A stretch of DNA of 59,628 nt, counting the filler, from Sphacelaria rigidula (lineage: Eukaryota), in assembly GCA_964200075.2 (NCBI GenBank). It is 6 parts of 6 records of this genome, joined end to end, with 100 filler letters (N's around TTAATTAATTAA, not from the genome) between each part and the next. Parts side by side here need not be neighbours in the genome. Positions count along the whole stretch, not along the records: positions 1 to 9,856 come from CAXNAA020007625.1; positions 9,957 to 19,812 come from CAXNAA020007626.1; 4 more parts are not named here. One strand, 5' to 3'. The stretch's first letter is position 1. Each line of letters begins with the position of its first letter. Both the position numbers and the translations under genes were made by a program. Shown piece after piece: positions 1-13,039 of this stretch. The notes beneath the pieces are model-generated. The model did no database searches. It saw only the letters and a program-made list of their open reading frames with translations, and was not told the DNA's origin.

Positions 1-1382
1 CTCACGTCGCGCAAATCCGGTCGACTACTTGGTTCACCAACGTTCTCACGCTTTCCACGGTGATAATCATACATTACGCAGAAAAAACCCAACGCATCGG
101 GAATCGGACCCTCGTTCTCTCCACCCTAACGGCGACAGTCGGACCATTAATTACACCACCGGGTCGGTCGACTACGTTTTTTAGTTTCCCGTTGTTGTTT
201 TTTTCGCCATGTCTTTTTCAATATTCTATGTCAAGTACATTTGCTTTGTCACCGTGCAGTTGGGTATCCCATATCAGAATTGTCGTCGGCGCAGCCATGC
301 TCTCCGGTAGAAACGTTCAAGTAGGTATATAGTGTTACTTTTGCCGCTTTGCGTGTGGTGATCTCAGTGTACACCGGACACCGAACTGCCCGTATTGTTT
401 GAATTGCTGGTGCTCACCTCTGTGCTGCCTCGTGTTGTGTTGTGTTTTGTTGCCGTGCTTGTGTGTGTGCGCGCGTTTATTTATTTATTTTCCTTGTCTT
501 GCCACAGTAATCGTGAGCACCTGAAAGATCTCGAAGCGGTGTGGACCTGCCTATTTCCAGGTGCGTGCGCCCGTGTAAACGTTGTCCGTGTCGAGATAGA
601 GGGGTGCCGAATTGAGGACGCAGATTTTGGCAAGAAGCTTCCAGCCCTGAGATGGAAGACGTCTCCCATTGCACGCACGGAACTGTGTATAGCGAGTGCA
701 TCTGTTGCTACTTAGCAAAGACCGGTCTTGCAACGCAACGATGTTGGCTTGACTAGCAGAATACCAGCGCAGCTTTCAGTAGCACTACCGTATTCAAATA
801 TGATTGGGTGAACCGGTACGTGTAGATGCTCGTCCGTGTGGGGGGTTTGCGGTACCATACGTTTATGAAACCAATGGCCATACGTTTGAAGACATGCATG
901 TATGTATGCACGCATGTATGCGGTCATGGGCAGGTCTTCCAGCAACCCCCCGTGGCTCGGAAAATATCAGCGTTTGTCGTTTATTTGTTTCTTGTGCGTT
1001 TGATTGATTTCGTGTGTGTGTGTGTGTGTTTCTCAGAGGGGTAGTCTGCATCTGTTGTTCGTTCCCCGCGAATATATGAATCTCTAGCTCATGCGCTTAT
1101 ACCGTTTTGCATTTTGTCCAGGGGAAGAGTTCGATGGAGCAGATTCTGCACGCTGGAAAGAAGCGGGCTTCCAGCAGGTACGGAACAGCAGCAGACAGCC
1201 CTCCATCGGCCCGCGTAACGATTATTTTGTCGATGTCCATTGAGCGCAAGTTACTGGTGACATGGATTGTTGCAAAAAGCCAGTCGTGTCAAGTACAAAG
1301 CTTTTGCCGAAAGAAAATATCGCTGCACTGGGCCAAGTGGTAGAAATTCTCACGGGAGAGCAGGGGCGTGTTTCAAATGTTC

Positions 1383-2530
1383 TAAGGGCAGGTCGAGTAG
1401 AGTATGTACTTTTGAGTACTCGAGTAAAATACCCGAGTATTTTCTCTACTCAAATTTTGAGTAGGTCGAGTACGGCCTCAAATACTCTATTCAAATTTTG
1501 AGCAGGTTGAGTACGGCGTCAAATACTCTACTCAAATTTTGCGTAGGTTGAGTACGGCCTCAATTACTGTACTCAGAGATGGAGTAAGCACTCTCAGGTT
1601 GTTCGAGTTTAGAATTTCACTTGGGTATGAAAGGCAACCGTGAACGTCGGCGACTTCGTACACGTCACTTCACAGACTATGTTCAATACAAGGGCGAACG
1701 ATAGCCATGAATTAGATGAGTGGCGGTACGTCAGGGGCTAGGATGAGTATGAGCGAATGATGGCCATGAAAAAACAAAAAAATGTGCAGGCGAATGAACC
1801 TACCCGCCCGAGCTCACCTGCCCCCATCCATGGCAGTACATGATTGATACCTCTCAACCCCTTCGATATCACGTTCAGTACAGAGCGCTACTCATCATCA
1901 TTGAATAGTCAAGTAGACGGATTGTCGGGTAGGTATTATCAAAATGAGCGGCTCTACTGGCCGCACATGTGGGTCTTCCATGGGAGAGTCAGCGGTGGTA
2001 CATCGGGTCCGGCCTCAGATACTCTACCCAACTTTTGGGTAGATTGAGTATGTCCTCAAATATTTTGCTCAAATTTTGGGTAGATTGAGTATGACATAAA
2101 ATAATCTGCTCAAATTTATGACTTCAAACACTCTACTCAAATTTTGAGTAGGTCAAGTACGGCCTCAAATGCTCTACTCAAAATTTGTGTAGGTCGAGTA
2201 CGGCCTCAAATGCTCTACTCAAAATTTAAGTAGATCGAGTACACCTCGAATACCTTACTCAGATCTTGAGTGAGCACTCTCAGTAATACTTGAGAATAGA
2301 GGATCACATGGGGATGACCGTAATACTCTACTCAAATTTTGTGTAGGTCGAGTACGGCCTTCAATACTCTACTCGAATAATTGAGTAGGTTGAGTACGGC
2401 CTCAAATACTCCGCTCAAATTTTCAGTAAATTGAGTACGGCCTCGAATACTCTACTCCAAAATTGAGTACCAAAAGTACGACTCTTCGAAAATACTGAGT
2501 ATTGAGTATACTCTACTCGACCTGCCGTTG
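1383..2530. mobile_element. Non-autonomous hAT-type element with GTAC/GAGTA-rich ~39-40 bp subterminal tandem arrays
   Basis: TIRs taagggcaggtcgagtagagtat / caacggcaggtcgagtagagtat (rc). Perfect 8-bp TSD aaatgttc at 1375-1382 and 2531-2538. Repeat unit tactctactcaaattttgagtaggtcgagtacggcctcaaa at ~1440-1590 and ~2020-2480. Confidence 0.85.
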
Positions 2531-4883
2531 AAATGTTCATGTTCGACAGCAAGCGCGATGTGTTTCTTGTTTTTTTTTTCTTCCTGTTTTCCGAGCGCAG
2601 GCAAAAGTTGCTGCCGACTTCCGTGGTACCGGCGTTCTGGCGTTGAAGAGCATGGTGTACTTGTGCAAAAACCACGGGAGGAAGGCGAGTGCAACAAATG
2701 TCCTTACCTGTGCTTGCTACTACTGAAGGCTAGTAATATATGTTTTGTCTTTTTTTCAGCGTTTGGTGCACCCGTCCACAAATTAAGTTGCAGTTTTGGG
2801 TATGGAATACTCCCCAAACAACAAATTCACGCAAAGAGAGGGACAGAGAGAGAGAAAGATTGATGAGCTAATTCCCGCCCTAGTATAAGTTGTGAGATTC
2901 GGAAGATCGGAAGGCCTTGACAGGGTTTCTTGACTCGGTGCGTCCGCGCCTAAAAGATTACCTCCACGGGGGACTGAGGATTCGAGGGAGGTCGTTTGCC
3001 CGTATTCTGTAAGCCGGCATCTTGTGCCGACGATTTGTTTCAGCCTGCCTGACGCAAATCCACCAGTTTTGGTTAACTGATTTATATGGCACCCGCATGC
3101 ATCTGCTTTATAATGTCTAACTGGCACCGTGGGTATCTGATGCTCTTCCTATTTGCCGTCACGGTCCGTCGCTACAGTCCTTTTTTTTTTTCTTCTCTTC
3201 CTTGCCGTATGTTCAACCCGCCTCCTTCCGGCGGATAAATGTATACAATAGTGTTGATGTACGGATATCAGTGTTGATGTACCAGTTGAATACCAACCGT
3301 CGCAACCCCATTTTCCTTTGCCCCTTCTCCGATACGTACCGAACGGTTTTAACAATCAGGCGCAAGCCATGTGTCGAGCGCAAGCGAGCAAGGTTGCGTC
3401 CAATTCGTATCCTTGGGCCGTGGTGGCCAACAACATCACGCTCATGCTGGCCGAGGTGTTGGAGCTAAGGGCCAAGAGGTTCTGCAACAGTCGCAGGGGA
3501 TACTGGGGGGTGTTCGACCGCCGCGCTGCGTATTTTGAGGTGGGGTCACGGTTCGTGGAAGATGGTCGATGTTAATGCCACGATGACGGGGAAGTAGCTG
3601 CTAAGCCGTGCCTCGGCAGTACATCTTGAGAGATCGAACGGGGGGGTTCGTCGGGGTTTCCCGTGAGCAGGGTTCTAAGGCCCCCCCTCTGCGGATTTTG
3701 AGGTGGTCTGGCCCTGCAATGCTGGTGACTCCACAGTTGTTGCGTCAACATGGTCGCATTTCTATTCTCCACCGCAGGGAAATGTGTTGCTCATGTGGTG
3801 TGTTACGATGAGCTGCAAGCGGATTTCTCCGTCGTTGGCAGAAAATTGATCTCACGCGTCAAAAGCCAGAGACTTGGCGTAGGATGCCACCATGCAAAAT
3901 GTTCCCCTGCCCTATCGATGCTTTTACAGCGCGCTAAGGGGGGAATCGTGATGCGGCAGCGGCGGTTGGGTGGAGAGGTCGTCGGCGTTGTCATCTTCCA
4001 GTAGCTGATATCATGGAATATGACACCCCAAACGCATCAGGAGGAGATGTTTGAGCTTCATCCCTGCTTTGTACATGTCGCCGTTCCGTCTCGTTCCTCT
4101 GTTGTACGGGTGTGGACAAGTTAGGTGTTCTGCTTGGCGTTCACAGTACTCGACGAGGCGTGGACGAGACGACGAGCCACGAGAGACCAGTTCGGAAAGG
4201 TAGGCATGGCATGACATTGCATCACGATGGGAAGCCCATGTTGGCATGTACGCCATCTGCAATAGCCGAGGGACTCATAGCCGTACGCGCACTCGCACTC
4301 CCTGGTACATTTCGTGACGGTGTGCAGTAGGCAACGTGGTGTGCGACGATGTCGACTCCGATGGCAAGAGGAATCTCAAGGTGGTTTGATCATGACATTA
4401 TTCCGTAGTCAATCGCGTACGCGACTTTTTTTTTTATCGTGTTTTGTCTTTGAGGAGTTACCGCACTTTTTTCAGGCAATGTCGATGCGGCTCTCCAGCT
4501 GTTGTCCACACACACGTGTTTCGTCGTTGCTGCATGTTATTGCGGCGGTTGTTCCCAGGAGAGCGACTCTAACAAGGGTGGTCGATTTCTCCTGCATATC
4601 CCCGTTTGCTACTTCTCTGATGTGAAACATGACAGATAATTGGCTACACCAAGGGTTGCATTCAAGACGTTTTGGAGACCGATCCTCCGAATCTGCAGAC
4701 GTTCATGGCGCAAGCAAAGGAAATGGGCATGATTCGATGATACGAGGACGCTCCAACCGAAGCCGCGTGGTGTATTCGTGTTGTTTCTGTGTATCCAATT
4801 ATTGTTGCATTGTGCACAGATCAGCAACACATGTTGTATGATGAGCGTGACCTGTTTTTTTGTATAGCTCTAGTGTTTCGTGT

Positions 4884-5900
4884 CTAGTGGTGCTTGGAGC
4901 TGCGAATGGCGAGCCTCTCATAGTTTTTCATCACGAAATTAGGCCGCGATGAGCTGTGCCTTTGTATCATGTTGAAAAGCACCGCCCTGTACACGGGAAC
5001 AGATTTGGGAATGTGCCCAAAAGTACGGCACGCACTGGTTGTAAGAAGAACGTAACACCATCCCAGCTCTAGTGAACCGTGGGCAACCGTTCTGCGGTGA
5101 TTTTGTTTTTGCTCCGCGGTACATGTTGCACGATCTCGTCGATCCGTTTGGGCTGCGCAAGGTGCATGTAGTAGGGCCAAGCGAGCGCATTCGTGCCCTG
5201 AGCTCTCCAGAGACATCGCTGAGATGACATACATGTGCCTTTTCTCCGTGGAGACATGTCGTGATAGGTCGAAGTGTTTTGAGAACAGAGGCGGTGTCTT
5301 CGAGTTGCAACTGTTGACAACGGGTCGATTGTTTACACCATGTGGTTTTGAACATGGCAAGACGCGCCTGCTAGCAATGGCGGCTAGGTGGCGCGGAGAA
5401 TTTGTTTTGATGCGACTAGTCGTGCAATCACCGTTTATTTCACAGCCATCGTGCCCGTTCACGGCAGGAAAATAGCGAAGGTGAAACCCGAAAGAGGAAG
5501 CGTACTTGATTCGAAAACATATTCTACATTCGCTTTTGGTGAGAATCTCTGGCTCACCTATCAATAGGAGTAGTTCCCAGGCTGTGATAAAGAATCGGGT
5601 CTCCGTCGGCGAAAATATAAGAAACGTTTGTCGTTTTTTTGACATGAGTCACCCCTCCACTAATTGACTCTCAAAAGGCATCTCTCCTATGTTTGTTGAG
5701 CAGCTGTCGTCTTCTGCGGCGTGCGAAAATCGATGCTGCGCGCTTTCAGACGGCAGGAGAAACACCGATCCTGCCGCAGATGTCGAATTAAACACGAACA
5801 TCTCTCGGTCATTTATATACCGATGGGTAACCCCTTGATCGATCGATTCCCAAAAGCTGATCTGGCCCACAGGTCGAACCTTGCGCCAATTCATGCATCT
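4884..5900 (-). pseudogene. Degraded hAT-like transposase relic
   Basis: Fragments in several minus frames fall in the expected order: RPVGQISFWESIDQG, LIFSPTETRF, LEDTASVLKTLRPITTCLHGEK, and a possible dimerisation-like tail. Frameshifted; recognised by motif resemblance only. Confidence 0.4.
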
Positions 5901-7502
5901 CTGTGTAGGCAATTTATTTCGTGAGCTCTCTTCTCTTGTTGAAGCAGCTATCGTCTCCTGTTGCATGCGAGAATCGATTCTCCTAAAATAAATATGAGCC
6001 TCTTGAGGATGGGATGTTTCACCTTGCGATCTGCAGTTCAAGCTTCAAGCCCACCTGCCGTAGATCCTACATGCATTAATTGGGTGCACCTATTAATAGT
6101 CACACCTGCTCAGCCTCTAACAGCAACAAACTATCCAAAATTGCTTTCGTGTTCCGAACTATTTCGGCATAAATTCCCAAAGTCCAAAGGCAGATTGTAC
6201 CCCATCACGATATTGAACCCCATTTTCAAGGAGACCTTTTATTGAAATCGGTTTTTCGTACTTCAGGATCAGGACGGATGGGGGAAAAGCCGGTAATGAC
6301 ACAAATTCCATCCTGAAGAACATTTCAGGGTGATATTTTCAGGATCGAAGCCTGATGTAAGTCCTTCATCCTGCCATGAAGTAAGCCTGCAGTGCCGCGG
6401 CGGAAGTTGGGATGGAACGAAGAGGAAGCACCACCACCACTGTCGCAGCCAATTATTCAAAATCAACGTGTGCCCTAACAAGCAAAGTGGTGCATCCTTC
6501 ACAACTGTCATCCCTGTCACACTGAACCTTTCATGAAGTAAAAACGCTTGGCATCGTAACCAGGGGACCTCCCTGCCGCCGTCATGGTATTACAATTCGA
6601 TTTACTGTGTCGAGTGAAATTGGAATGCTCGGTGCGCCCTAAACCCTGTCTTGGGTACCCAGGTACGGTCCCCACTGTTGTCACTATTGTGCATGTTTCT
6701 ACATGAGGGACTACGGTAAGGGTGCAATTTGTAGTCCAAAAGTTTTCGGAGACTGCAGACTACGGCCCAGATGTTTGTTATCCGGAGGCCCCGACAATGC
6801 AAAACCACTCGCATATGATCGTGGAGATTTTTCGGAATTTTTCAAAACTTATGTCAGTATCAGGACTCAAGAAGTTAAAGTTGGAAGTTTCCAAAAACTT
6901 CAGGATGTAAGCTGAAAACTTCAGGAGGGAAGCTGCAGCACATTTTATACAGCAGGGTACTTCCAAACAACAGACTAGACTGCATGACAACGATTTTGTG
7001 TCATGCCACCGAAAATGGTGGTGCAAGACGTCATGAATTCTAAAGGAACGGCAGTGCAGCCAGGTGCAGCACTGTTGTTGCTGCGCGGTAGACTTGCGAA
7101 TTGTTTACAACATCTTCCAAGCAGGTAAACATGCGTGCATACAACGTACTGTACCTGTGTATACTACAAATAAATCAGACTCGCTCTAACGAATGAGGGA
7201 CACTGTACCAAAAGTACCATTTTCATCGGCTTATGATTTCGGAACAAAAAACCCGTTGTGCGTGAAGCACACAGAAAATGACGCGGATCCATCGCCGCGA
7301 TTAGGTTCTATCTTACCGCATTTCTCGCGGCCCGAAAAAAATCCATGAGATAGCCGCATATATTCATCCATCCATCACGATCACCGGGAACTAACTGCCC
7401 CCCAAAAGGCGAAATCGATCAACTGTCCATCGTAACATCGGTTCCATCTTGCAGGCCGACACTGCTTTGGTGTGATCAACACAGTTGCCCTGTCTATTCG
7501 CC

Positions 7503-7718
7503 ATGAACACCACCGCTGCCATGCTGCGTAGACCACTCTCTTCGTTCGGTAGCGCTGGAGTTTACGTACTGCGAAAGCAAGGAAAGCAGCAGCTGAGAAG
7601 ACAAAGACCGCTCGCCCTGTTCTCCACTGCTGCTGCTAGCGGCAGAGGCGCAGCCACTTCAACTGGGGTGGGCGAAGCAGTGCAGCAGCAACAGGGGGGC
7701 GGAGGAGGGCTGGGTATG
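7503..7718 (+). CDS. Probable first exon of a protein with a mitochondrial-type presequence
   Basis: gccATG start; MNTTAAMLRRPLSSFG...ALFSTAAAS is Arg/Ser/Ala-rich with no acidic residues; donor ATG|gtaggt, phase 0. Confidence 0.55.
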
Positions 7719-8634
7719 GTAGGTTTGTGAAGTAGGTTTGTCGACGCAACCTGTTCAAGTCCAGACCCTTTGATGGTCAGCAACTGTTACACCCGTCGTG
7801 ACATACAAGCCGTCTGCAACCTGTAGGGTACATGAGATATCGGACAGACAACAGTAGTACATTACAGGAGTAGAACCCCCTGGCCCCGCTACCTGGCGTG
7901 CTACCGATACCACTTGACTATTGTTGTGCTGTATGCTCTACATGCGTTCGTAGAAGTAACGTCGGTACAGACACACAGCTCAGACCGTGGCCGAATCCTG
8001 TTGCTGACCTAGGGGGTGTTGTTTCCCGTATATCAGGCCACAAATCACTTACGTTGCGCGCTTTACGTGCCCAATCAGCGTGCTGTGTGTATCTGGCAGT
8101 ATACACCGTAAATAGATGGGAGGAATCGCCACATGCCGAAAATAGACTAGAATCCTGTTTGTGGGGCAAACATGGGCGAAGTTTACCGCCAAATTGGAGG
8201 TGCCCGTTATGCGATATCTTGTATGGATGGCACAGTACCTTGTTGACGTGTGGTGACGTGTAATTGGATAGACTTGTATCAACTTAGGTCGAGGGATGAG
8301 GCGATAAAGCGTTGGTTGGCTCGTGCACCCGAGGAGAATTGGTTGCTTGGTTCGTTATTGCAGCGCAGCCAGTCTGATTGTGGTGGTGGAGAGAAGTGAG
8401 CTCTTGTGCGGACCACGAGCTCTGTCCCACCTTGTCAAGTTAACACGTATGCCCCAACACGCCAAGTGCGGTGGAACACCACTACACGTGTACCCAATCA
8501 AACCACCACACGTCAGGTCAGTCACTACTTCGTAGATCCTACTCGTAGATTTCCCACATGATATTCAGTTACTCGAATATAAAGCAGTTTTTGGAGAACA
8601 CATCGCCAGTCCTCAACGCAGACAAGATGCACTT

Positions 8635-8780
8635 CACGCCCTGGACAAAATAATGCACAGTCAAAAAGTGTACTGCGTACAGTATCGACTATTGCGCCTA
8701 TTGCGGCTATTGCATTAGACAATAGATTCCATACTGTACGCAATACATTTTTCACAATAGAATCTATTGTCCAGGGTGTG
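8635..8780. mobile_element. 146-bp hAT-type MITE
   Basis: TIR cacgccctggacaa / ttgtccagggtgtg; perfect 8-bp TSD atgcactt. Second copy at 32443-32580 in the opposite orientation. Confidence 0.9.
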
Positions 8781-9491
8781 ATGCACTTGTATAATTTCCC
8801 CGCTTGTGGGTTCCACCGCTATGTATCCGTCACAATGCAATGTTTGTTAGATATAACAAGTCAAACGAACACTTTCCCGGGCTCCTTTATTTCCAACAAG
8901 CCACTTGTGCTTCAACATTGCTACAAAAAAGTAATAACAAATCAATCACAATTCTCAGTAACAATTTCTGGTGAAACCCACTTCACGAGACTAAAGGCCC
9001 GTGTGTCTCTTCGATACCACAGTATAGACGGGGTGGGGGGAAATCACTGCAACTCAGACACCCCATCATTTTCTTGCACTAAGAAGGAAATCACGCTGTA
9101 TCTCAAAGTTTGTCTCATCTAGCATTTTCGTGAGAATATCTGCACACTGCTCCTTACGCAATGTGATCTACAATGATCCATATCTCAACTGCCTACTAAT
9201 TCACGAAGAAAATGATAGCGTACATCGATATGTTTACTTTTGGACGAGCTTACAGTAGGGGATTCTCTGCCAGTGCCTTTGCTCCCTCATTACATTCATG
9301 CACTGCAATGTTCGGGCAACTTACCCGCGGTCTCAAGAAAGTTACAGTGCCTCTAATATAAGTGGCCTCCATAACTCCCTCTGTTATGACGACGGACGCA
9401 CTCTGCTTCGGTGGTAGATAACGAAACACTCTCCTGTGTCCTCGAAAACAAGGTTACCGAAGACCCACCACAAAAAATAGCTGCAGCTTAG

Positions 9492-9575
9492 GATGTCGGC
9501 TCTGGTTCCACCTCCTTCACCGAGCACGTCGGGAGCCCGTTCGATTTCTCCGCCCGTCCCGCCACCAAGACATGA
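9492..9575 (+). CDS. Candidate downstream exon of the 7503 gene (frame ambiguous)
   Basis: tag|GAT GTC... gives DVGSGSTSFTEHVGSPFDFSARPATKT* with many C-ending codons. An alternative acceptor ending at 9480 would read a Pro-rich frame to 9849. Confidence 0.3.
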   Translation, partial: DVGSGSTSFTEHVGSPFDFSARPATKT

Positions 9576-9856
9576 ACCCCCTGACGCCCTTCATTGGGCC
9601 CAAGCATGGCGATTAAGCCGTCGGTATTTCGTTGTTGAAGGATCCTTGTCTGAGCTCGGGTTCTACCCTCCCGAATCTCATCACCATCATGCGGATCGGG
9701 CATGTGTGAGCCGAGTTGACGTGCTGCTGTCCTTGCCGCCATGGGGTGTTGGGACGCTGTCTTTGGAAGATGATGTCTCGCTTTCTTCCTCAGAGTCATC
9801 CTACGATAGAGGGGGGGGTATTTGGTTGCACGAAAAAAGAGGCTCATAATTGTGTC

Positions 9857-9956
9857 NNNNNNNNNNNNNNNNNNNNNNNNNNNNNNNNNNNNNNNNNNNN
9901 TTAATTAATTAANNNNNNNNNNNNNNNNNNNNNNNNNNNNNNNNNNNNNNNNNNNN
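9857..9956. other. Artificial contig linker
   Basis: N44-ttaattaattaa-N44, stops in all six frames. Confidence 0.98.
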
Positions 9957-10351
9957 CTCATCATCTTGCATTTGGATGACAACCAACAATGAGTTGCTTT
10001 ATTTTCTGGTATCGTCACTACCAGAGACAGCCACAGCTTTTACACTGCCTCATGGGTGTCTGGACCAGGCCGGGTAGGGGGGGGGGGGATTCAGGGTATG
10101 AATATTGCAACTCACATCCTCAAGTCTTCAACAACGGTTAACGGGCTCTCCTCAAGAAAAAAACAACAGAGGTATCTAGTGCGATCTCCAAAAGGTTGTG
10201 TTATATAGGGTGCACTGTACATCCAAAGGTGAGCAAGCACGAAAAAAGCAACGGCATTCTCAGAAACGTCACAGGGACCAGGCCACAGGGTTGGAAATGT
10301 CTGCGCAGGGCCCGGGATAATGATTATTTTGAATATCATAGAACGACAAAC

Positions 10352-10544
10352 CTGTTGCTATAATGATGGAGTGGGCCTTGACCACGCGCGAGGTGGAGCG
10401 AACGGTAAACGGCCGGTGCGCAAGGTCCACTGACTCGATATCCTCCGTTTCGAAGACGGCTCCCCATCTCTCCCCCTGCTGCCGCATGTTTGCCATCAGC
10501 TCCGGGCCCGTGATGCCGTCAGGAAATCCCGGGAAGTTCTCCAC
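10352..10544 (-). CDS. NTRC: NADPH-dependent thioredoxin reductase (NTRC-like), exon 2
   Basis: cag|[29 protein letters not shown]...HSIIIAT G|gtttgt; in phase with exon 1; classic thioredoxin reductase sequence. Further exons not seen in this contig. Confidence 0.9.
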
Positions 10545-13010
10545 CTGATGTCATCATGTAGTGCAATATTAGCTCCTCTTTTCACTGCCAACGCGAAGCG
10601 TTCAGTTTTTAGTGTGTGTGTCCGATGAACAAGTCGCGATAGTTATTTTAAAATATGGCTTGTGTAGGCGCATATGGCGGACGCGATCAATGGAATATGG
10701 AATGGTTTTGATTTTGCACGGAACTCAAGGTTTTCGCCGATGATTGTGCTAGCGGCCTTTTCCCGTGGTTGAGGCGGGGGGGGAAGGGATACTTTTTTTC
10801 TCCATTCACGTGTCATTTCTGTTGGGTGTGCTGGAATACCGGTGTATGCATGATGACCAACGAGTGCTGCTGGCGCAAGCACCGCTTCTGTCTTTTGTTG
10901 TACTGATTGCGGCGGTCCATGTGCTGTTGCTGGTCGTGTTCTTTTTTAAATGACGAATCATAACACGCGGCACATACGTAGCAATGGCCTGTTGTACGGA
11001 GGCGTTCTCTCCACCAAGAATTACCACTACACCCCCCTGCCCCTCCGCTCCTTGTGGCTGACGTCGGTTGGGAGCGAAACTGTAAAACACGCTGCTCACT
11101 GCGTGGGCTAGGCAATCAGGATACTGATTTTTTTGCGCTTGCGTTTTTCTGCGGTAACCATGATGGTGGTCGAGGTAGATCATATTGCGCGGGGTGGGAG
11201 AACCAATACCACGCGATGGGGATGATCGTACTAACTAGTGTTTAATAAACGGCGAGACGCCCGTAAGGCAGTGTGGAACCCGTCGCTGTCTCTAGAAGTA
11301 GCGGTACTAGAAAATGAACCAACTCATTCGAGGCTGTCATCCATATTGAAGATACTCATCAGTACACCTCGGGTTGAACAGTCGTAGCAGGATGCAGGTC
11401 ACCCCTCATGCGACTCGCCGAACACACCACGGCGCTTCGCGTTTGGTGATTGAGCACGAGCCTGGTCCGGCGAGAAACCGGCGTGCTCTGCCCCGGCTTT
11501 GCAGGGATGCGAGGTCAATGGTCAAGTGACTACGGCATGCAAGATCATGAGCACACCCTGCCTCTGCCTCAAAAAGCCCTTCAAATGGCATCAAAATAGG
11601 GGTCTGGGCGGACAAAAGTTCACGTATTGATGTTTTTCGAACGAGTCCGATCGACACGCTGACTCGCATAAACAAAACGCGGGTTCGCGGTGGTACAGAA
11701 TGCATGCGACTTCAACTGGGGCCGCTTGTCGCAAGAGGGACATCAGGATTATCATCATTTTTTCTTTTCTTTTCTCTACACGACTCGATTTTTTTGTCCC
11801 GCAAATATCCATTGAATAAAGTGGCCTCAAGTGGAGATATCTGCTCCGTGTTTTCATCATTACCATGCCACTCTGCCAAAGTAGCCCACATCCTCACGAC
11901 AAACGACTTACCCTGCACCACGAAGTGAAGTTAACCTGTTCTTCCATATCGTACCGAAACTCTCACTGGGATAGCCTTTTTGAAGTCTTACGGCATGGCG
12001 AGGACCGACGCATTACTACCGTACTGACGGTCGTCACGCCTTCTCAGCGCTCGCGGCGGAATGGGACATTTCAAAACAAAATAATCACGCCGCTAACGTA
12101 ACATCCAATTTCGCCAAGAAGAGCGACGTGAAGACGTTACACCTGCCACCGCGAGTAGTGGAAGGATGGTTGCGGTCAATCTCGTGCCCAGGCACTGCAA
12201 CAAGCTGCTCCGGTAAGCCCGTTCGTACGTGCTGCAAGAGAGCTAACAACTCCAATCGCCGGCGTGTCGTGAGGATATGAGCTATGCATGGCACAAAGAA
12301 GCAGTGGTAAAACACGAAAAAAAAAAACTCTATCCGGTAGGGTACGTAGGGCACTTCATGAACATTCGTAAATAGTTGCATGATGAATCAATTTCGCGGT
12401 TTCAAACTTTTTCATTTCCCCTCAACAGTAGTGAAAAAGATCGCCCCATCTTCATGATTCTGTTTCCCCCCCCTCGCATTTTGTTTATCGTCATCAAACG
12501 CATACACCATACCCCTTCCTCCGTCAGAACGTACGCCCTGGCGCTTCACTCGAAATATTTTATGATGAAAGCACAGGCGCAATATTTTTACATTGTTTTC
12601 CGAACCACCCGCGGGCGTTCATTCTCATCTGTTTGAAAAGGCTTCATCCTCACGAGGAAGATAATCATGTTAACCGGAGTCAGGTTCCCACCTGCGGCCG
12701 AATAATCGGTCATGGCATCCAAATTTCCGGTGTCCAGAGGTCAGGTTTAAAAAAAGATACTCTAGATATGTCCAAGGACGTCTCATAAATATTCGGCAAA
12801 TCGGCGGGTGACGATTTCAACGCAGTAAAGTGAGCAGTGGTGCGGACTATGTGCTTGAGCTATATACATAGGATGCCGGAGCGCCAAGAGATACGCCGGC
12901 GTAAATCCATCAGGTTTCGCTTCACGGCCAATATCCTTACTAATGTTACATAAACGTAACCAACCCGTCGTCATCTCCGAACAGTTTCAGTGTGAGCGAA
13001 GCGAGATGGG

Positions 13011-13039
13011 CAGGCGCAGGCGCAGGCGCAGGCGCAGGC
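13011..13039. repeat. (caggcg)n microsatellite in NTR intron
   Basis: Direct observation of about 5 units. Confidence 0.8.

Noticed and set aside
1440..2480. Regularly spaced palindromic repeats resembling a CRISPR array
   Set aside because: Units are contiguous with no unique spacers, there are no cas genes, and the array lies inside TIRs with an 8-bp TSD.
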